Below are positions 19,801 to 26,333 of a stretch of 26,333 bases of DNA, piece after piece; positions within the stretch are counted from its first letter, which is position 1, and the number at the start of each line of letters is the position of its first letter. The position numbers and the translations under genes are program-made. The notes below the pieces were generated by a model. The model did not search any database, was not told the origin of the DNA, and saw only the letters and a program-made list of their open reading frames with translations. Origin of the DNA: Candidatus Aenigmatarchaeota archaeon (GTDB lineage Archaea > Aenigmatarchaeota > Aenigmatarchaeia > CG10238-14); contig JAWBZR010000009.1 in NCBI GenBank assembly GCA_044343545.1, forward strand, positions 1 to 26,333, given 5' to 3'.

Positions 19801-22657
19801 TAAGTTCATTTTCTGGAATATACATCGTGACGTTGGACGATACAGTTACTTTAATAAATGTCTTGTTTTGTCTTATTCCTATTTCAGGTTCGAACCAAAT
19901 AGAAGAAACGTTTAGGAAATATTCGCCTGATCTTGTTCTATTTGCGATTGTTATTTCAAAACTAGTGAAGCATGAATTATTTGTATCTATGTCACCACAA
20001 ACAAAATTAGTAACGTTGGCAGTCCAATTTTGAGGAAGCTCTAGTGTTATATTAGCAGCGATAGCCATGTTATTGCCTATGTTGGTTATATTTGCTTCAA
20101 AAACAAATGTTTCATTTATTTCTGAAGTAATGTTTTGAGCATAATAATTATCTATAGACGCATTTACAGTCATGTTAGTTCCCGGCACGTTTATTTTTAT
20201 ATCTATCTCGTCAAAACCATCGTTGCTTGTAGTTACGTTTATCTTTCCTGTATAATTTCCAGGTAAATATCCCGCTGGAATGCTCACATTCACTTTAACT
20301 ATCTCTATTCCTCCAGGGGATATTGATTGAAAATTGCTAGGGTCAAACTTGAATGTAAAATCATCTAAACCAATCACGTCAAACTCAACGTTTTCTAATT
20401 TTTCATTACCTACAGAATTTATAGTAAAAGTACCTATTTGCTTTTCTTGCCCGGAAGCAACTATTTCAAAAACGTAATTTTCTGTAACATCTATTATAAC
20501 ATTTGGTAACACAGTCACATTTATGGTTGAAGTGTTGGTATCAGTAGTATTATCAGGATTTTTCCATTGAATCGTCACATTAACTAAATAATTACCGGGT
20601 GGCGTGCCATTTTTTATGGTTACGTTAAAATCTTTAGAACAACTTAAACCAAAACCTATGTTGCCGCAAAAAGAAACACTCTCATTTGCTATCCAGCCAG
20701 TAGGAAGTTCTAAAGTAAAGTTGGCATCGTATGCTGTTCCATTTGCCGTGTTTGTTGCGTTTGCATTGAAATAAAAGTTTTCATCAACGAACCAGGTGAT
20801 ATTTTGAGCAGTATAATTTTTTGGCCAGACATAAATGCTCATGTTAGTTTTCAAATCTTCTACCATAAAAATTGCAGTAGCTTGCCCTGTATTATTATTT
20901 TTTTCAGCTAAACAACCTAATGTATAAAATCCAGCATTTATTGGTGCGTTAAAAGACAATAAATAAGTCCCGTTACCATAATCTAAAGTTTGATTTGGTA
21001 TTTGATTGTTGCCGATAAAACAGTTTATACTAGCACCATCTATCCAACTATCTTGTCTGAAGTTTTTCACGTAAATTAAAGCATTGACCGGATAGCCGTT
21101 AAAAACAACCGGATTTGTTATGTTTATCGAAACATTATAAATGTTAGTTACGTTTATCGTCTTTATGCTTTGGTTGAGAAGCACGCCATAGATGCTGTAC
21201 GCCTTTATTGTAACATTCCAAAGAGCTGGCTGATAAGTAGGTGAAATATGGAACGTGTTTGTAAAATAAGTATCGTTTGCTACGGTATCGTTGTGCGTAC
21301 CATCATTATATAAAATTATAGTTTCGTCATCGCTTGAAATTTCTGTACCAACATCCAAAGTTGCATTCATCGCGGCAGTGAGATTATAGGGATCAATTGT
21401 GTTGTTACCCAAAATTAATATTTTTTCTCCAAGATTATAAAAATCGAACTCTGTTAAAGCATCAATAATCACGCCATAACTTTCTCCATTACTCAAAGAA
21501 ATGTTTTCTGGATTGTACAATCTACTGGCTAACTCTTCAGCACCAGGAAAATCCGTTTCTGTTTCATTAAAGTATATTGCTGTAAGGTCTTTAATTCTTT
21601 CGTTTGGATTAATAATAGTTGAATTTAGTTGAATACCTATTCTTCCTTGAGATTCATCGATTGTTTGAAAATAATTTTGATGGCTGTTATTTAAATGTAT
21701 AAAGGCAACGATAAAGCCACTAGGTCCAGCCCAAACAACTTTGTTATTTTCAGTAATACCAGAATGATACAACCCATCAAAGGCATAATTGGCGTCAAAA
21801 GCCAATGCACCAGCTGGTGTAGAGTTTCTTATAATTGGTGAAGGACCTAAATTAATAAACTCTTGCTCAATTTTTATCCACTTGTTTCTCGAATAAAACA
21901 CATATCTTTTTATCAAATAACCTTCTGTTTGTGTTGTTTGATTCCATATAAACTCATTTCCTCTTTGTTCAAAAACTATGCGTACAGGGCCTATATGTTT
22001 TAGCGTAGCGTTTGTCAAATTAAAATTGAATATATGAGTAGAATTACTATATTGCACAAATTCGGGAGTTTTCCCCGTCTCTTTTTTGAATATATACTGT
22101 TCTGCTGTAAGACCATAAACCGCATACAAGCCAGATGTGTTTTCTTCTCGATTTATATCTAAATAGTAAGCCATATAGCTACTATTAACATTGAGTCTTT
22201 GTCCATTCCAATAATATACCAAATCTGTAAAATAATTAGGAGTTTCCTTACCCCCATTTTCTAGTGTGTCAAAATATAGATAATAAATTCTTTTTTGATT
22301 TTCTGGAGTACTTCCATTCATTATAAAGGATAATATGCCAACAGCATTGTTAGTCGCATTAAATTCGTCATATGGATCAAACTGGCTTGGAACTTCATAT
22401 TTTATTCTTCCATTTTCATCATACTCGAAAACTCTTATCGAGTTCAGGTCCAAAGTTCCGTTAAAACCGTTTTGTTCAAGAAGTTTTGTGAGATTTATTT
22501 CTTTTTCTATCGGCCAGTCCGTCCTTTCAAAACTTGTTGTGTTTATTTCTATTTTAACCCTGTAATGCCAAGTACTATTCCACCATTCATCTTCAGCCTT
22601 TACGATCTTTGCTAAAAAGAAAAGCAAAACTAACAGTAAAAAAATTCTTTTCATCAT
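16892..22657 (-). CDS. giant membrane-anchored surface glycoprotein with Ig-like repeats
   Basis: Signal peptide, WWNSTWHYRVKI start, LYNDGTHND..AND motif, repeated beta-rich units (LELP..W, I....PG.Y), many N-x-S/T sequons, Pro-rich linker, coiled coil, C-terminal TM. Confidence 0.85.
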   Translation of the reverse strand: MMKRIFLLLVLLFFLAKIVKAEDEWWNSTWHYRVKIEINTTSFERTDWPIEKEINLTKLLEQNGFNGTLDLNSIRVFEYDENGRIKYEVPSQFDPYDEFNATNNAVGILSFIMNGSTPENQKRIYYLYFDTLENGGKETPNYFTDLVYYWNGQRLNVNSSYMAYYLDINREENTSGLYAVYGLTAEQYIFKKETGKTPEFVQYSNSTHIFNFNLTNATLKHIGPVRIVFEQRGNEFIWNQTTQTEGYLIKRYVFYSRNKWIKIEQEFINLGPSPIIRNSTPAGALAFDANYAFDGLYHSGITENNKVVWAGPSGFIVAFIHLNNSHQNYFQTIDESQGRIGIQLNSTIINPNERIKDLTAIYFNETETDFPGAEELASRLYNPENISLSNGESYGVIIDALTEFDFYNLGEKILILGNNTIDPYNLTAAMNATLDVGTEISSDDETIILYNDGTHNDTVANDTYFTNTFHISPTYQPALWNVTIKAYSIYGVLLNQSIKTINVTNIYNVSINITNPVVFNGYPVNALIYVKNFRQDSWIDGASINCFIGNNQIPNQTLDYGNGTYLLSFNAPINAGFYTLGCLAEKNNNTGQATAIFMVEDLKTNMSIYVWPKNYTAQNITWFVDENFYFNANATNTANGTAYDANFTLELPTGWIANESVSFCGNIGFGLSCSKDFNVTIKNGTPPGNYLVNVTIQWKNPDNTTDTNTSTINVTVLPNVIIDVTENYVFEIVASGQEKQIGTFTINSVGNEKLENVEFDVIGLDDFTFKFDPSNFQSISPGGIEIVKVNVSIPAGYLPGNYTGKINVTTSNDGFDEIDIKINVPGTNMTVNASIDNYYAQNITSEINETFVFEANITNIGNNMAIAANITLELPQNWTANVTNFVCGDIDTNNSCFTSFEITIANRTRSGEYFLNVSSIWFEPEIGIRQNKTFIKVTVSSNVTMYIPENELNVAATHGNSTYLGNFTIYSLGNDPVENITYEFYNLDDFVFSLEPNTTILYSGFDSKIDVNVFIPYGYPPGIYSGYLIINSSDGYKNISINIQVPPSMTWNMTPTECYHLEFPENGVACEVIINNTGNLPIYFIISPPSANYTWVNQTNFTVLPTQTHAFSVLYDVTNINKGYFNSTYVVDAINASAYPDKEFLKVFLSPLIYPIVYAYLSENTIHQGGNITIYANITDQSGKGINFTTVFVYTPKGIEYKANMTRYWNSSENSSWVVSYPSTWGSTLQRGNYSILIKSFDNVGNEGNTTTYFLVYPNMSITLDTGNHYQGQTATYYLRVHDVYGEELPFSNVSIVMINANNNITFNRSQITNQYGEILEEQRQFTLASDAPTGLYTLYANASWYDSLTKKQINGSKQINFYVYQPMGNGLFVDVATTVVWYPQNVMKFSLNFYNNYGYVVDPDEINLTVYDPADNVYFAVSKQNLNKQATGYYTYNFAMPLNTSTGAFRAVVEARKDALITRDIFPFRVASGGPYDVRLQLIDTEVPVGDYLDFDLIIENKGETSQDVDVEYWVSDSLGKIYYYNSEALYTPAYTNQSFPRKAFIFSTQQPGMYWLNVKVTYDLLQQPIKKNVTFMVVPAAPTLPPTPSGPPGAPPATAVTEKPPPIEEKVSKISIIDYPTEIGIESGWARYPTIKVKNTGNVILSDIKILITGIPKTWYVIDPENVTNLKPNEVAIFSLRITIPYNERTKEYPFKIIALSNETSDEKTGILFVFSSREELLKYEIEKVKKEYDDVLNKTEQAKKDGKDVSPVLLLLNEAKKNIDDAQSLMERKDYDNALEKIIAASNLINRAREMFPKLSKAKPMVLPGLPLSTFLMILIVLILMSAILVFMIKKKIIDFSKLFKKEKTEVEMVVEALKKESAEKQALIEEKEKINKVIALLDAEMREGIISKEAYEELKKRNQEKLEEIERKLQNMK

Positions 22658-22728
22658 TTTAATATTTTATTGAAGCCAAATATTATATTTATCGAGGAGC
22701 ATACTATTTATTACTTTATGGATAAGAA

Positions 22729-23571
22729 TTAATTCATACCTCGAATCAATTCATTAATAAAGCTAAAATCACCATCACCTTCTATAATTACGTCAAAATT
22801 TTTGCTATAGCTATCTCTCAACTTGTCTTCATCGAAATTCAAAAAACCTATCTTTAATAAATTTTTATATTTAAAACCTTTCACCATGTTAACATCATTT
22901 ATGCTGTCTCCCAAAAGAATGATGTTTTTTTCTATTTCTTACCACTTCATATATTTCCGGAAAGTATCGAAGAACGGTTTCATCTTTATTGAGAGAATGA
23001 ATTATAGGTTTTTTTTACACCTATGGCTTTACCTTCAGAGTCCCATTCAATTCTATTTATAACATAAAATATGTTGGGATAGTTCTTTCCAATTTTTTCT
23101 AGCATCATAGGTATAGCTTCTCCACAACCATCAGCTGATATAATGATTAGAGGTATATTATGATTTTTTAACGTCCAGAAATTCATCCACCCCATCTCTA
23201 AATCTCATAATTCCTTTGTCAACAACATCCCTTATATCATCCTTTTTAAGTCCATACTTGATTAATAGCTTGTAATGCTCCTTCCACCATTTCATCATAA
23301 GCCTTTTCTTATCTTTCAAGTTATAGCTTTCATCAACTTCTATTGGATGATATTTTTCAAATAACATTTTTGCTTTGGCAGCATATTCTTCTGATAGATG
23401 TTTTCCATCCCTAAGCAAAGATATTATAGAAGGGATTTTTTCTCCATTAACCATAGCATATGTCAGAGTTCTGTCAAAGTCGGAAACTATGTGAAGCGAA
23501 TCGATACCATCATTTTTTATTTTGGTTATTATTTTTTCAAAAAAATTTTTGTTTGGTATCACAATTTTCAT
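22729..23571 (-). pseudogene. pyrimidine 5'-nucleotidase (NT5C3-like HAD), three frameshifts
   Basis: SDFDRTLT, IPLIIISADG, PIIHSLNK and IILLGDSIND lie in successive frames. Confidence 0.8.
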
Positions 23572-23618
23572 TATTTTTATGTTTTTATATGTTTAATTCA
23601 ATATACTATGATGAGATT

Positions 23619-24149
23619 ATGAAAAAGCAAATAATCATCTTTTCATCACTTTTGATACTAACAATTTTCATAATTTTTTTCATAAGCCAAAAAAACAAAA
23701 ATTTTTCTTTTAACGAGTTGCAAATTGAGGAGTTAAACCTAAGCACTTCAGATAATTGTAAGATGGAAAAATATGAAACCAATGAATACAATTCCCTTTC
23801 AGAATATTTTTCTTGCAATTATACTGTTAATGAATTGAAAGATACGTGGATTTTTGTTGAAATAAAAAAATTTGAAAATAGAGAGGATTTGGAAAACACT
23901 TATCAATATGAATCTTCTCATTTGTTCGGTTCAAAAGGATTATTAAGTGAGAATGAGTTAGGCGAGAAAAGCAGGTTCAGAGTTAGTAGCGATGACGATT
24001 ACGGAGCCGAATTCAATCCAAAAGGTGTATATTTTTATCATCTGTGGATCTGCAAAGGAAACTATCTCATACATATAACATCAAAAGGTGAAAAGGAAGC
24101 AGGAGAATATGTTAAAAAAATAGGACAAAAAATTATATCAAACATCTAA
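23619..24149 (+). CDS. hypothetical membrane-anchored extracellular protein
   Basis: MKKQ plus a hydrophobic anchor from ATG 23619; the longer ORF-track start overlaps the opposite gene. Confidence 0.7.
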   Translation: MKKQIIIFSSLLILTIFIIFFISQKNKNFSFNELQIEELNLSTSDNCKMEKYETNEYNSLSEYFSCNYTVNELKDTWIFVEIKKFENREDLENTYQYESSHLFGSKGLLSENELGEKSRFRVSSDDDYGAEFNPKGVYFYHLWICKGNYLIHITSKGEKEAGEYVKKIGQKIISNI

Positions 24150-24170
24150 ATTTCTCTATTTTTAACTTTA

Positions 24171-26135
24171 TCAATCTATTAGTTCAGAAACGCCATAATA
24201 TTCCAAGTGGCCATGCATTGCTGCAGAAGTATTATCGAGCAAGAAATTTTTTGGCATACCCTTTATTTTTTTGGAAGGAACATAAGTGTTGTTGAAGTAC
24301 AAATAATCTATATTAGTTGCATCTTTAACTTCAATTTCAACCATTTCTAACTCTTCCTTATTAACAAAACTTTCCAAACCACAAATTTTTTCGCATTTGT
24401 ATTTTTCTTGCAAATATAATTTTCCTTCAATTCTATCTAAGAAACTCGGACCAATTAAGCTTGGGGAATAATATCCCATCAAATAATGTTCAATTAAATT
24501 ATCGATATACCAAACAGCACCATTTTCAGCATCAACGAGTACGTTTATTTCACTATCTATACTATCTAAAGATGTACAATTTACCACTTTGTCTATTATA
24601 ACGTATGGAGAATCATTCTTTGCTATGACAGCCAAAAATTGATTTATGACATCTGGGTCAACTATGTTTATATTATCAGTCATCAAAATTTTCCGTGATT
24701 TATTTTCCAAACTGTTTATTTCGTTTGCATCGTTGCTAAAGAATATTTTTCCATATTTCCATCCACCATAACCATCACACTTCAGCAACAATCTCGTATA
24801 ATTGTTTTCAAATTTTGTTTTCTTTATTATTTTTGTTATTTTTGAATTTGTGTTGATAACATAGATTGGGTCTTCGAAGTTTTGTATAGATACTAATGTA
24901 CTCACATTCATCCTTCTTTTAATCGAAGTCATAATGGTTTCATCACTCACATTCACCCAAACAACAGATTCGACCAAAATATTAAAACTATCATAAGGTT
25001 TTATTTTCAATTCTACAAAACTTATGTTGATTTTATAGCCTTTCTCTTCACCTACATGTAACATTTTTTCAGACCAATTTTTTAAAGTGGAATTTTCTAT
25101 TATATCTTTTGTCAAACCATTCATTGTTCCAAATAGCACCAATTCTTTAATGCTACTAGCAGCATCTGAAGTAAAATTGCCTGTAGTAATAGTATCGCTT
25201 ATCAAAACTGCAATGGCCCTTCTCGTTGTTGTATCCACTGCTTTTTGAATGTCAATTTTTACGCTTTCAATCAAATTATTCATATCATCTATTCTGTTTT
25301 CGAGGTAACTTTTTTTTATGTTTTTCCTGTAAAATTCTTTTTGCAACATTAAAATTGAAAGAAGTGACAAGGAAGCAATTATAAGAATTAAACCAAAAGC
25401 TACACCTTTTTTACTCATCTTCTTCATCAATATTAATATCACAACAGTTAGAGGCATCAAGTAAATCCAATAAAAATGATGATTACAAGCATAATTATTG
25501 TTTTCCACTTTCAAAATTTCACCTTCCTTTCCCACAAAAACGTCTTTATTTATTGGGCAAGAAAAACTTACATTCCATATAACTTCAGGTTTCAATGTTT
25601 CATTTTCCTTTTTAGGTAAGATTTGTTTTTTAACTTCTTTTGGTTCAAGGATAGTATTTAAAGCTTCTTTTGCATTTTCAACAGCATCTTCTTTGCTCAC
25701 ACTTTCCGTTAAAATCTCTTCTTCAAAACTATATCTTAGATTACCAATTGCATATATCTGACCATCCATCGTCATTATAACTGTTGTATGCGTGTCTGTT
25801 ACGGGGAGGCCTTCAATTCTTTGACCTTCATACACTATTACCCAAGACTTCCTTCCTTGATGATCTTTTATTATCACCGCATCCGTATAATTTAATTCTT
25901 TTATACCAAAATATTGCGCGTTAGCCTGCAAGAATTCATTAGAAATTTTTACGGCTTCATCCTTCTCCAACTCTTTTCCAGTTTCTTTTGGCCTTTCTTT
26001 TGTTGCAGACAATATATATCCCCATTCTGCCACTTCGACTGCCCATTCATTTCCATTTTTTAATCTAAACATGTCATCAATGCTTTGTGCGACTACAACA
26101 TTCATCATTAAAAACAGTATTATGATTTTTTCCAT
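24171..26135 (-). CDS. fusion of a FTP/PepSY-like propeptide module and a class III signal (pilin-like) protein
   Basis: Signal peptide; FLQANAQYFGI..QRIEGLPV..DGQI..VSKEDAV..GEILKV; TM; KKG|VAFGLILII; DPIYVINT and GPSFLDRIEG. Confidence 0.65.
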   Translation of the reverse strand: MEKIIILFLMMNVVVAQSIDDMFRLKNGNEWAVEVAEWGYILSATKERPKETGKELEKDEAVKISNEFLQANAQYFGIKELNYTDAVIIKDHQGRKSWVIVYEGQRIEGLPVTDTHTTVIMTMDGQIYAIGNLRYSFEEEILTESVSKEDAVENAKEALNTILEPKEVKKQILPKKENETLKPEVIWNVSFSCPINKDVFVGKEGEILKVENNNYACNHHFYWIYLMPLTVVILILMKKMSKKGVAFGLILIIASLSLLSILMLQKEFYRKNIKKSYLENRIDDMNNLIESVKIDIQKAVDTTTRRAIAVLISDTITTGNFTSDAASSIKELVLFGTMNGLTKDIIENSTLKNWSEKMLHVGEEKGYKINISFVELKIKPYDSFNILVESVVWVNVSDETIMTSIKRRMNVSTLVSIQNFEDPIYVINTNSKITKIIKKTKFENNYTRLLLKCDGYGGWKYGKIFFSNDANEINSLENKSRKILMTDNINIVDPDVINQFLAVIAKNDSPYVIIDKVVNCTSLDSIDSEINVLVDAENGAVWYIDNLIEHYLMGYYSPSLIGPSFLDRIEGKLYLQEKYKCEKICGLESFVNKEELEMVEIEVKDATNIDYLYFNNTYVPSKKIKGMPKNFLLDNTSAAMHGHLEYYGVSELID

Positions 26136-26333
26136 ACAACCACCTTTATAACACTAGGACCCCATAACCATTTTATTCCGCTAATACTTTCTTGCTTCAC
26201 TTCGACATTATTTCTATCCACATCTACATAGCCTTCCACTTGCGATAACAATCTATTATATGCATCGTTTATAGCTTCTTCCGACGTGTTAAAAGCATTT
26301 CCATAACCCACCACTCCATTAATGACAGCTTCG
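26120..26333 (-). CDS. C-terminal part of a hypothetical protein, probably from a pilus/surface operon
   Basis: Open to the window edge; ends GIKWLWGPSVIKVVVWKKS; overlaps the next gene start. Confidence 0.6.
   Translation of the reverse strand, partial: EAVINGVVGYGNAFNTSEEAINDAYNRLLSQVEGYVDVDRNNVEVKQESISGIKWLWGPSVIKVVVWKKS

Overview
AT-rich archaeal window, most likely DPANN (inferred from the unlinked 23S gene, divergent rRNA and archaeal housekeeping genes). Protein genes include rpS8e, CDC48, Nre, a kinase-dCMP deaminase fusion, an MFS transporter, rpL31e, an informational cluster (Rpp21, S19e, PDCD5, L37ae, RpoP, Pcc1, prefoldin beta, UPF0147), LeuRS, a 1921-aa surface protein, a frameshifted HAD nucleotidase and pilus-like proteins; there is also tRNA-Arg(UCU). 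The highlight is a stand-alone minus-strand 23S rRNA unit (about 7780-10953) that appears to carry its own maturation information. It has a canonical BHB processing stem abutting helix 1 and four short BHB-type introns. One intron (after A1095, E. coli numbering) is a complete double-guide box C/D RNA aimed at C1920 and U1971 of the same 23S. Two introns sit in tandem after U2449 in the peptidyl transferase centre and look recursively spliced. A second C/D guide RNA in the 5' leader targets U2552 and A2600. All E. coli numbering was assigned by manual alignment.
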